From an uncultured candidatus Brocadiaceae bacterium (GTDB lineage Bacteria; Planctomycetota; UBA1135; UBA2386): a stretch of DNA of 33,940 nucleotides. Both the position numbers and the translations under genes were made by a program. A model generated the notes under the pieces. The model did not search any database. It saw nothing but the letters and a program-made list of their open reading frames with translations, and had not been told where the DNA came from. The stretch's first letter is position 1. Each line of letters begins with the position of its first letter. The stretch is from contig CAYMRG010000002.1 of the NCBI GenBank assembly GCA_964392555.1, positions 1-33,940 on the forward strand, given 5' to 3'. Shown here one piece after another: positions 25,111-33,323 of the stretch.

Positions 25111-26454
25111 TTGTCAGCCACGACCTCTCCGTACTGGAACCCCAAGACCGAGACCCTCGCCAAGGAGCAGCTGCGGGCCCTGCAGCTGCACAAGCTGCAA
25201 CGGCTCGTCGAACGCGCCTGGCACGAATCACCGTTCCACCGCCGGCTCTACGAAGGGGCGGGCGTGACACCGGACAAGATCCGCACGCTCGACGACATCC
25301 GCCGCCTGCCGTTCATGACGCGTGAGGAGTGGATGGCGAACCAGGCGGAGAAGCCGCTGTTCGGCGACCTGATCACGCGCCCCGAGTCGGATGCGATCCG
25401 TTACCACCTGACGTCGGGCACCTCCGGCCGCCAGCCGCTGCGGGTGCTCGACTCGCGCAAGGACTGGTCGTGGATCACCGACATGTGGTGCTACGGCTTC
25501 TGGGGCTTCGGCATCCGGCCGACGGACAGAGTGTTCTTCGCCTTCAGCTACGGCTCGTTCATCGGCTTCTGGGGTGCCCACTATTGCTGCGAGAAGCTCG
25601 GCTGCCTGACGCTCGCGTCCGGCAACATGACCACCGAGCAGCGAGTCAAGCAGATCGTCGAGATGGGTGTCACGGTCGTCTGCGCGACGCCGACCTATGC
25701 GCTGCGCATGGGCCAGACCGCCGAGAAGATGGGTATCGACCTGCTGCGCGACGGCAAGGTACGCCGCGTCGTCGTCAGCGGCGAACCGGCCGGTTCGATC
25801 CCCGCGGTCAAGAAGATGATCGAGGACATGTGGGGCGGCAAGTGCGGCGACACCGCCGGCATGACGGAGATCGGCACGATCATGATCTTCGAATGCGACC
25901 ACCAGCCGGGTGGTCCGCACATCATCGAGGACCACTTCATCGAGGAAGTGCTCGACCCCGACAGCGGCCAGCCGGTCGGCTACGGCGAACGCGGCGAACG
26001 CGTCGTGACGTCGTTCGGCCGCGGCTTCATCCCGCTGCTGCGCTACCGCACCAAGGACCTCGTCTGCAAGGTGCCGCACACGCGCTGCACGTGCGGCCGC
26101 ACCGGCGACATCTACGAGGGCGGCATCCTCGGTCGCGTCGACGACATGAAGCTGATCCGCGGCACCAACGTCTACCCGCGCGCCGTCGAGGCGGTGGTCC
26201 GCGAACACGGCCAGGTCGAGGAGTTCCAGATCGTCATCACGCGCGTCGACAACGTGCAGGACGAGATCACCGTCAAGATCGAGCTGAAGCCCGACCAGCA
26301 GGACTGCTGGCCGCGGCTGCAGGCGCTGCTCGGCAAGGACCTGGCCGACGCGCACGAGGGCCTGCGCTTCAACCTCGAGCTGGCGAAGCCCGGCGAACTG
26401 CCGCGCTTCGAGCTGAAGGCCAAACGCCTGCAGGACCTGCGCCCGCAATACTGA
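25111..26454 (+). CDS. phenylacetate-CoA ligase (PaaK)-family adenylate-forming enzyme
   Basis: TTG start. The N-terminus YWNPKTETLAKEQLRALQLHKLQRLVERAWHESPFHRRLYEGAGV is typical of PaaK-like proteins. Motifs TSGTSGRQP, SGEPA and GMTE are present, about 447 aa. Confidence 0.85.
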   Translation: MSATTSPYWNPKTETLAKEQLRALQLHKLQRLVERAWHESPFHRRLYEGAGVTPDKIRTLDDIRRLPFMTREEWMANQAEKPLFGDLITRPESDAIRYHLTSGTSGRQPLRVLDSRKDWSWITDMWCYGFWGFGIRPTDRVFFAFSYGSFIGFWGAHYCCEKLGCLTLASGNMTTEQRVKQIVEMGVTVVCATPTYALRMGQTAEKMGIDLLRDGKVRRVVVSGEPAGSIPAVKKMIEDMWGGKCGDTAGMTEIGTIMIFECDHQPGGPHIIEDHFIEEVLDPDSGQPVGYGERGERVVTSFGRGFIPLLRYRTKDLVCKVPHTRCTCGRTGDIYEGGILGRVDDMKLIRGTNVYPRAVEAVVREHGQVEEFQIVITRVDNVQDEITVKIELKPDQQDCWPRLQALLGKDLADAHEGLRFNLELAKPGELPRFELKAKRLQDLRPQY

Positions 26455-26472
26455 TCGTTCGCGAGGATCACC

Positions 26473-26679
26473 ATGACGCACCCCGACACCGATCTGCTCG
26501 GCCGCCTGATGACCAAGGACGAGCGTGAGCTGCGCGAGCTCTACGTGCGGCTCAAGGCGCTCAGCGCGCGCGACGACCTGCCGCCGGTGATGAGCGCCAA
26601 CTGCAAGCAGGCCATGGTCCTGCTGTGGAACGCCTGCAACGACCTCGCCCTGATCGGCGAGGAGCCGGGCTGCGACTGA
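26473..26679 (+). CDS. small (68 aa) helical hypothetical protein
   Basis: ATG with a GAGGA SD 5 nt upstream, 18 nt after the ligase stop. GC3 is high. No family recognised. Confidence 0.6.
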   Translation: MTHPDTDLLGRLMTKDERELRELYVRLKALSARDDLPPVMSANCKQAMVLLWNACNDLALIGEEPGCD

Positions 26680-26705
26680 ACGCCTTCCGTGCGCCCCGGG
26701 AAGCC

Positions 26706-28181
26706 ATGCTGACCACGACCCTGACGATCGCGCTGTTCCTCTGTCCGCAGGAGCCGCCGAGGCCCCACCGCCCGCCGAACGTCGTCTTCGTGATGGCCGA
26801 CGACCTCGGCTACGGCGAACTCGGCTGCTTCGGCCAGCAGAAGATCGCGACGCCGCACCTCGACGCGCTGGCACGCGAGGGCATGCGGCTGACGCACCAC
26901 TACGCGGGCTCGCCGGTCTGCGCGCCGTCGCGCTGCGTGCTGATGACCGGCAAGCATCCGGGACACGCCGCGGTGCGCGACAACAAGGAGGCCCAGCCCG
27001 AAGGCCAGTGGCCATTGCCGGCCGGCGAGACGACGCTCGGCGAAGTGCTGCACGGCGCGGGCTTCCACACCGGCGCGTTCGGCAAATGGGGCCTCGGGCC
27101 GTTCGGTTCGAGCGGCGATCCGCTGACGCGCGGCTTCGATCGCTTCTACGGCTACAACTGCCAGCGCCACGCGCATAGCTACTGGCCGGCGTTCCTCTAC
27201 GACGACAGCAGGCGCGTGCCGCTGCACAACGACCCCGCCGTGCCCGGCGGCGGCAAGCTGCGCGACGGCGAGGATCCGAACGATCCCGCGAGCTACGCGC
27301 GCTTCGTCGGCAAGGACTACGCACCCGACCACATCCGCGACGCGGCGCTCGCGTTCCTCATCACGCACAAGGACGAACCGTTCTTCCTCTACTACCCGTC
27401 GACGCTGCCGCACCTGGCGCTGCACGCGCCGGCCGACGAGGTGCAGCCGTACCTCGGCAAGTTCGAGGAGACGCCCTACACCGGCAAGAACGGCTACACG
27501 CCGACGCCGACACCCCGCGCGGTCTACGCGGCGATGATCACGCGCCTCGACAAGGAGGTCGGCGCGCTCGTCGAGGTGCTCGATGAATTGGGTCTGCGCG
27601 AGAACACGATCGTCGTCTTCACCTCCGACAATGGCGCGACGCACAGCCCGGTCGGCGGCACCGACTGCGACTTCTTCGCTTCGTGCGGCGAACTGCGCGG
27701 CCGCAAGGGTTCGATGTACGAGGGCGGCATCCGCGTGCCCGCGATCGTGCGCTGGCCCGGCCATGTCGCACCGGGCAGCGAGAGCGCGCGTGTGACCGGT
27801 TTCGAGGACTGGCTGCCGACGCTCGCCGAGCTGTGCGGCGCCAAGGTCCCCGCCGGCGTCGACGGCATCAGCTTCGCCCCGACCTTGCGCGGCGAACCGC
27901 AGGAGCCCCGGCCGTTCCTGTATCGCGAGTTCGCCGGCTACGGCGGCTGGCAGGCCGTGTGGGTCGGCGACTGGAAGCTCGTGCGCCACGACCTGCAGAA
28001 GGCGAAGCCCGTGACCGAGCTGTTCGACCTCGCCCACGACGTCGCCGAGTCGCGCGACCAGCTGGGCGAGGAGGGCAAGCGGGCGGCCGAACTGGGCGCG
28101 ATCCTCGCGCGCGAGCACGTCGAATCGGCGACGTTCCCGCTGCTGGCGATCGACGGCAAGCCAGGCGAAGAGGAGCGGTGA
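26706..28181 (+). CDS. Cys-type sulfatase (arylsulfatase A / GALNS-like)
   Basis: An internal ATG at 26706. Motifs PNVVFVMADDLGYGELGCFG and the formylglycine motif SPVCAPSRCVLMTGK (C-x-P-x-R) are present, along with FTSDNG and GGIRVP. Confidence 0.9.
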   Translation: MLTTTLTIALFLCPQEPPRPHRPPNVVFVMADDLGYGELGCFGQQKIATPHLDALAREGMRLTHHYAGSPVCAPSRCVLMTGKHPGHAAVRDNKEAQPEGQWPLPAGETTLGEVLHGAGFHTGAFGKWGLGPFGSSGDPLTRGFDRFYGYNCQRHAHSYWPAFLYDDSRRVPLHNDPAVPGGGKLRDGEDPNDPASYARFVGKDYAPDHIRDAALAFLITHKDEPFFLYYPSTLPHLALHAPADEVQPYLGKFEETPYTGKNGYTPTPTPRAVYAAMITRLDKEVGALVEVLDELGLRENTIVVFTSDNGATHSPVGGTDCDFFASCGELRGRKGSMYEGGIRVPAIVRWPGHVAPGSESARVTGFEDWLPTLAELCGAKVPAGVDGISFAPTLRGEPQEPRPFLYREFAGYGGWQAVWVGDWKLVRHDLQKAKPVTELFDLAHDVAESRDQLGEEGKRAAELGAILAREHVESATFPLLAIDGKPGEEER

Positions 28182-28316
28182 CCCGAGTGCGCCGCTTTCG
28201 CCGCCCTGCGGCGTCGGGCTCCCTGCAGCGTGCTCGGCGGGGCTACGGCCCCGCCTCCGCGCGCTTCGGTCGCCCTCCTTGCCGGACGACGAAATCGACG
28301 CACTCGGTCGCGGCCC

Positions 28317-28520
28317 ATGCGCGAAATGGGGGGCTCGCAGGGCATCTCCCAGGGTGCCGCCGAAGCGCGCCGCGACATGCTCCGCACCCTGATGACCGAG
28401 CGTTTCGGGCCGTTGCCAGCGGCGGTCGAGGCCCGGCTCGCCAAGGCCACCCCGGACATGCTGGCGACGTGGACGCAGCGACTCCTGTCGGCGCCGACGT
28501 CCGACGACGTGGTCGCGTAG
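28317..28520 (+). CDS. stand-alone DUF4351-like small protein (C-terminal module of Rpn/YhgA-type nuclease-transposase-like proteins)
   Basis: An internal ATG gives a 67-aa protein with ...RRDMLRTLMTERFGPLPAAVEARLAKATPDMLATWTQRLLSAPTSDDV. This matches my recollection of the DUF4351 pattern (RFG.LP......L......L..W...L..A.SL). No PD-(D/E)XK nuclease part lies upstream. Confidence 0.55.
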   Translation: MREMGGSQGISQGAAEARRDMLRTLMTERFGPLPAAVEARLAKATPDMLATWTQRLLSAPTSDDVVA

Positions 28521-28588
28521 GAATTCCATCGGCCGGCTCGCCACCGATCCCGCGGCCGCGGCATGGATACCATGCCTGACCGGCCGCG

Positions 28589-31042
28589 ATGAACCAGGAC
28601 CTCCCCAGCGAACTGCACCGCCACGCCAGCGCCCTGCGCAGCCTGGCGCGCGAGCTGCTGCGGTGTCCGCACGCGGCCGACGACGTCACCCAGGCGACGT
28701 TGCACCAGGCATTGGCGCGACCGGATCTGCGCCCGGGGCCGCTGGGCGGCTGGCTGCAACGCACGCTGGTCAACTTCGCCCGGCAGTGGCGACGCGGCGA
28801 ACGGCGCCGCGCGGCGCGGCATGCCGCGCTCGCGGCTCCCGAATCCGATGCCGAGCCCCGCGACGCCCTGGCGCGCCGCGAAGCGCTGCGTTCCGTGACG
28901 AACGCGGTGCTGTCGCTCGACGAGCCCTACCAGACGGCGATCTTCCTCCGCTACTTCGAAGACCTGCCGCCGCGCGTGATCGCGCAGCGCACCGGCGCCA
29001 ACCTCGCGACCGTCAAGTCGCGGCTCGCGCGCGGGCTCGCGATGCTGCGCGTCCGCCTCGACAGCGATCAGGGCGAAGGCACCAGATCCGACCGCGGCCG
29101 ACGCGCCGACTGGCGGCTCGGCCTCGCCGCAACCTTCGGCCTCGGCCTGCCGACCTCCGCCGCCGCCGGCCTCACCCTGACCACCGGAGCATGGCTCGTG
29201 GGAACGACCGTCAAGACCTTCGCTGCCGCCGGCGCCCTGCTGGCCGGCGGTGTCCTCTACTACGTGCTCGCGAACGACACCGCGCCCGAACCGTCGCGCC
29301 ACGTGACCCACGATGGCACCGCGGCCGCGGCCGAGCGCGTCAGCGCGGAGGCCAGCGCGCCCGCCACCGCCCCCGAGCGCGAGCAGGTCACCGCGAACGT
29401 CACCGCCAGCGCCTCGTGGCTCGACCACCCGTTCCCGTTCGTCCTCGAGGTCGCCGTCGTCGACGACCTCGGCCTGCCGGTGGCGAACCACTCGATACGC
29501 CTGTCCCCCGACGGCTGCGCGCTCGACAACCCCGAAAGATCGACCGACGCCGATGGTCGGCTGACCCTGCAGTGGCGCGGGCGCACCGGCCGTTGCCGGG
29601 TCGCGATCGAGGACGGCAACGAACGGCTGTGGCGGCTCGAGCTGACCAGTGGCGAAACCGCGCACCTGACGCTGGGCACGCCACCGCAGGGCGACGGGCA
29701 ACCGATCCGGTTGACGTTCACGACGGTGAAGAACACCTTGGCCGGTGCGCCGGCGGGTGAACCGGTCGTCCGCTCGGGCTTGCCCGTGGTCGGCCGGATG
29801 TTCCGCAGCGGCGGCCTGGCGATGCACGCCGGCCTGCATCCGTTCGCGCAATTCACCGACAACGCCGGGCGCAGCGTCGAGGCCGAGGCGAGCGCTTCGG
29901 GTCCGGAACTGGTCCTGAAGGGTGGGTCGTTCACGATCAACCTCGGCAACGACAACTCGCGCACCCTGTTCACGTCCTACCGGGATGTGATCGGATCCGC
30001 ATCGGCCACGCCGCAAGCCGCGCCAACCACGGCGATCGCCGGCACCGTGTTCGGCGAGGACGGCAAGCCCGCGGCCAAGGTGAAGGTGGTCGTGTTCGGC
30101 GAATCGCCGCAACCGATCGCTCGCACGGAGACCGACGAACACGGCGAGTTCCGCGTCACCGGGCTCGCCGCCGGCACCTTCCGCGTGCGCGCCGGTGGTG
30201 GCCCCGAAGGGCTCGCGACCACCAGCGTCCCGGTGACGACCGGCACCACGCCGGCGACGCTGCAGCTGCAGCGCGGCGCGTGCGTGCGCGGCCACGTCGT
30301 CGACGGTGACGGCAAGCCGATCGCCAACGCGCGGCTCGTGTGGCAGAGCCTCGACCAGCAGTCGTGGGACGCCACGAGCAGCGGCGACGACGGCGCGTTC
30401 TGCTTCGCCAACCAGCCGGGCGGCCCCGGCCGCGTGCTGTGCTGGCCCGGCGACGAAGCCCAGCTGCCGCTCGCGCAGGCGCAATCCGTGCTGCCGGACA
30501 CCGGCGACCTGCGGCTCGTCTGCGACACCGCGCACGGCGGCGCGCTGACGCTCACCGCGAATGCGCCGCTGGGCCTCGACGGTCGGCCACAGGTGCGCGT
30601 CTGGCAGCTCGACACCGGCGCCAGCACCGTCGTGCCGTTCGCCCAGAAGGCCAAGAACTGGCGCCTCGAACACCTCCCGGCCGGCTGGTACGAAGTAGAG
30701 GTCCGCGCCCCCGGCCTCGGCTTCGTCGCCGCCGGCCGGCACTATGTCGACGGGCAGGGCACCACCGACCTCGGCGCGATCGAGCTGCCGGCACCCGGCC
30801 TCATCCGCTTCGATCTGGCGAAGGCGGCGCTGCCCGACGAGGGCCGGCAATTCGACGTCTGCGCGCTGCGCAAGGACATGGACGTCCACCTGCTGCTCGA
30901 CGACGACTTCCCGACCAAGCCGCTGCAGATGCCGGCCGGCAGCTACGTGGTCTCTTGGCTGCGCCGCGACGGCACGACCGCGCATCGGCGCTTCGACGTC
31001 GTCGCCGGCGAAACCAGGACGATCGCGATCGGCACCGAGTAG
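28589..31042 (+). CDS. ECF sigma factor fused via membrane segment(s) to a ~580-aa extracytoplasmic domain with CarboxypepD_reg-like repeats
   Basis: Residues 1-165 carry sigma region 2 (AADDVTQATLHQAL...WLQRTLVNFARQWRR) and region 4 (LDEPYQTAIFLRYFEDLPPRVIAQRTGANLATVKSRLARGL). A hydrophobic stretch follows (TFAAAGALLAGGVLYYVLA). Then come repeats such as IAGTVFGEDGKPAAKVKVVVF...TDEHGEFRVTGLAAGTFRV and VRGHVVDGDGKPIANARLVW...DDGAFCF. It is a single uninterrupted ORF with high GC3. Confidence 0.8.
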   Translation: MNQDLPSELHRHASALRSLARELLRCPHAADDVTQATLHQALARPDLRPGPLGGWLQRTLVNFARQWRRGERRRAARHAALAAPESDAEPRDALARREALRSVTNAVLSLDEPYQTAIFLRYFEDLPPRVIAQRTGANLATVKSRLARGLAMLRVRLDSDQGEGTRSDRGRRADWRLGLAATFGLGLPTSAAAGLTLTTGAWLVGTTVKTFAAAGALLAGGVLYYVLANDTAPEPSRHVTHDGTAAAAERVSAEASAPATAPEREQVTANVTASASWLDHPFPFVLEVAVVDDLGLPVANHSIRLSPDGCALDNPERSTDADGRLTLQWRGRTGRCRVAIEDGNERLWRLELTSGETAHLTLGTPPQGDGQPIRLTFTTVKNTLAGAPAGEPVVRSGLPVVGRMFRSGGLAMHAGLHPFAQFTDNAGRSVEAEASASGPELVLKGGSFTINLGNDNSRTLFTSYRDVIGSASATPQAAPTTAIAGTVFGEDGKPAAKVKVVVFGESPQPIARTETDEHGEFRVTGLAAGTFRVRAGGGPEGLATTSVPVTTGTTPATLQLQRGACVRGHVVDGDGKPIANARLVWQSLDQQSWDATSSGDDGAFCFANQPGGPGRVLCWPGDEAQLPLAQAQSVLPDTGDLRLVCDTAHGGALTLTANAPLGLDGRPQVRVWQLDTGASTVVPFAQKAKNWRLEHLPAGWYEVEVRAPGLGFVAAGRHYVDGQGTTDLGAIELPAPGLIRFDLAKAALPDEGRQFDVCALRKDMDVHLLLDDDFPTKPLQMPAGSYVVSWLRRDGTTAHRRFDVVAGETRTIAIGTE

Positions 31043-31078
31043 CCACGCCGGCGCGAGCGCGTATGCTCGCCCGCGCCC

Positions 31079-31462
31079 ATGGATTCCCCCCGCACCGCAC
31101 TTGCCCGCAACGTGCTCGGCACCGCGCTGAAGGAGTGCGGCATGCGGCCGTTGACGGGGTTCTTCCGCGACGGCTGCTGCAACACCGACGGCACGGACCT
31201 CGGCGCCCACACCGTCTGTGCCGAGATGACCGCCGAGTTCCTCGCGTTCTCGAAGAACGCCGGCAACGACCTGTCGACGCCGCGGCCGGAGTTCGGCTTC
31301 CCGGGGCTGGCGCCTGGCGATCGCTGGTGCCTGTGCGCGTCGCGCTGGGTCGAAGCGCTCGACGCCGACAGCGCGCCGCGCGTGGTGCTCGAGGCGACGC
31401 ACGAACGAACCCTCGAATACGTGCCGCTGGCGATCCTGCAGCGCCACGCGATCCCGGGGTGA
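31079..31462 (+). CDS. DUF2237 family protein
   Basis: PLTGFFRDGCCNTDGTDLGAHTVCAEMTAEFLAFSKNAGNDLSTPRPEFGFPGLAPGDRWCLCASRW matches the conserved DUF2237 core as I recall it, 127 aa. Confidence 0.8.
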   Translation: MDSPRTALARNVLGTALKECGMRPLTGFFRDGCCNTDGTDLGAHTVCAEMTAEFLAFSKNAGNDLSTPRPEFGFPGLAPGDRWCLCASRWVEALDADSAPRVVLEATHERTLEYVPLAILQRHAIPG

Positions 31463-31470
31463 CCTCGCCG

Positions 31471-31534
31471 GCCAGGAAACCAGTTCGCCAGGAAACCAGT
31501 TCGCCAGGAAGCCAGTTCGCCAGGAAGCCAGTTC
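31471..31534. repeat. 16-bp tandem repeat x4 (GCCAGGAARCCAGTTC) between convergent genes
   Basis: Copies lie at 31471-86, 31487-502, 31503-18 and 31519-34. Copies 1-2 have A and copies 3-4 have G at position 9. CCAG recurs every 8 bp. A degenerate fifth unit runs into the stop codon region of the gene ending at 31536. Confidence 0.9.
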
Positions 31535-31535
31535 G

Positions 31536-32318
31536 TCAGTGCACCAGCTCGCAGGCCTCGTAGACCGGGCCTTCCATGCAGGTGCGCGAGTACGGCCAGT
31601 TCTTGAAGCGCGGGCCCTGCACCTTCACCGTGCAGCCGTTGCAGACGCCGTAGCCGCAGGCCATGTAGGTCTCGAGGCTGAGGAAGCAGCGCAGGCCGCG
31701 CTGTTCGCACAGCTTCGCCACGGCGTGCATCATCGGATCGGGCCCGCAGCAGAACACGACCTCGCCGCGGGCGACTTCGCCGCGCGCGATCAGCTCGTCG
31801 AGCAGCGCGGTGACCATGCCGCGGAACCCGTGGCTGCCGTCGTCGGTCGACGCGAACACGCGCGCGACGTCGGCGAAGTCGTCGATGCCGGCCAGCGCCG
31901 CCTTGCTGCGCCCGCCGAACAGCAGGCGCGGCTTGCGGCCGTTCGCCGCCATGCCGCGCGCCAGCAGCAGGAACGGCGCGAGGCCGACACCGCCGGCGAC
32001 GCAGATCGGATCCGCGACGTCGCGCGGAAACGGCCGGCCGAGCGGGCCGTTGAGCACGATGCCCTCACCGGGGCGCTGGTCGCACAGCGCGCGCGAACCT
32101 TCGCCGACCGGCTTGATCAGGAAGCTGCCCCACGAGCCGTCGGCGGCGCGGTCGTAGAGCGAGAACGGCCGCGGCAACTGGACCGGCCAGCGCCGCTCGG
32201 TGCGCAGCATGAAGAACTGCCCCGGCTCGGTGGCCGGGACCGGGCCCTCGACCTCGAGGGCGAACGAGCCGCCGCCGAGGTCGCGGCAGCGGCGCAGCGC
32301 GTGGACGCGAGTCTGCAT
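31536..32318 (-). CDS. PyrK-like FAD/NAD(P)-binding oxidoreductase with a C-terminal 2Fe-2S motif
   Basis: GQFFMLR, RPFSL, VAGGVGLAPF and the C-terminal CGYGVCNGC...C pattern are typical of the dihydroorotate dehydrogenase electron-transfer subunit family. There is no pyrD next to it. Confidence 0.8.
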   Translation of the reverse strand: MQTRVHALRRCRDLGGGSFALEVEGPVPATEPGQFFMLRTERRWPVQLPRPFSLYDRAADGSWGSFLIKPVGEGSRALCDQRPGEGIVLNGPLGRPFPRDVADPICVAGGVGLAPFLLLARGMAANGRKPRLLFGGRSKAALAGIDDFADVARVFASTDDGSHGFRGMVTALLDELIARGEVARGEVVFCCGPDPMMHAVAKLCEQRGLRCFLSLETYMACGYGVCNGCTVKVQGPRFKNWPYSRTCMEGPVYEACELVH

Positions 32319-32366
32319 GGTCGGCGCGCAGCATACGGGCGCTGCGTCCAGGACGCGACCGATCGC

Positions 32367-33323
32367 TCAGCGGCCGTGGCCGACGGCGGCGCGCGCGCCA
32401 CCGACCACCTGGGGCACCGGTGCCCGCAGCACGACGATCGGGATCTCGGGCGGCGCGTCGATGCGCAGCGGCAGGAAGGTCATGCCGACGCCCCGGCCGA
32501 CATAGAGGCGGCAGCCGTTCTCGGCGAACCAGCCGCGTTCGTAGCCGAACCTGCTGTGGTGCAGCGGCGCATGGCCGGCGATGCGGACCTGGCCGCCGTG
32601 CGTGTGGCCGGCAAGCGTGAGATCGACATCGACCGCCGCGGCCTCGAAGAAGAAGTCCGGATGGTGGCTCAGCAGGATCGCCGGTTCGCCGTCGCGCCGG
32701 CCGCCGAGCGCCTGCGCGAGATCGGGCGTGCCCTCGGTCAGATCGTCGACGCCGCACAACCACAGCGAGGCGCCCGCATGCTCGATGCGCCGCCCGGCAT
32801 TGAGCAGCACCTCGACGCCGTGGTCGCGCAGGAACGCGCTCCACAGCCCCAGATCCTTGCCCCAGAAGTGATCGTGGTTGCCGGGCACCGCGAACATGCC
32901 GAGCCGCGGCCGCAGCAGCTGCAGCGGCTCGCGGAACAGCAGGATCTCCCGGTCCCGCGTGTTGACGAGGTCGCCACCGAACAGCACGAGGTCGGGTTCC
33001 GCGGCGGCGATCCGCGCGAAGATCGCCGTCAGATCGCGGGCGTCCATGAAGCTGCCGGCGTGGACGTCCGAGACGAACGCGAGGCGCAGGCCGTCGAGCG
33101 CTTCGGCGCCGGGACGCAGCGTGATCTCGAGTTCGGGCAGGTCGAGGCTGCGCTGCGCGCGGCGGTGCAGCCAACGCCCGACCGGCAGCAGGTCGATGCC
33201 GCGGTTGCAGGTCGCCGTCAGCACCGAGACGAGTCGCCGCAGCGTCGTCCGCGGCCCGCTCAGCGGCCCCGTCGGCAACGGCGCACGCCGCGGCCGTCTG
33301 CCCGCTGGCTGGTCGGCGTTCAT
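32367..33323 (-). CDS. metallophosphoesterase (YaeI-like)
   Basis: The internal ATG at 33323 overlaps the upstream stop (ATGA). Motifs SDVHAG, GGDLV, PGNHDH, LSHHP and GHTHGGQ are present. Confidence 0.85.
   Translation of the reverse strand: MNADQPAGRRPRRAPLPTGPLSGPRTTLRRLVSVLTATCNRGIDLLPVGRWLHRRAQRSLDLPELEITLRPGAEALDGLRLAFVSDVHAGSFMDARDLTAIFARIAAAEPDLVLFGGDLVNTRDREILLFREPLQLLRPRLGMFAVPGNHDHFWGKDLGLWSAFLRDHGVEVLLNAGRRIEHAGASLWLCGVDDLTEGTPDLAQALGGRRDGEPAILLSHHPDFFFEAAAVDVDLTLAGHTHGGQVRIAGHAPLHHSRFGYERGWFAENGCRLYVGRGVGMTFLPLRIDAPPEIPIVVLRAPVPQVVGGARAAVGHGR

Noticed and set aside
31471-31534. CRISPR array interpretation of the tandem repeat
   Set aside because: The units are contiguous with no spacers, only 16 bp long and not palindromic.
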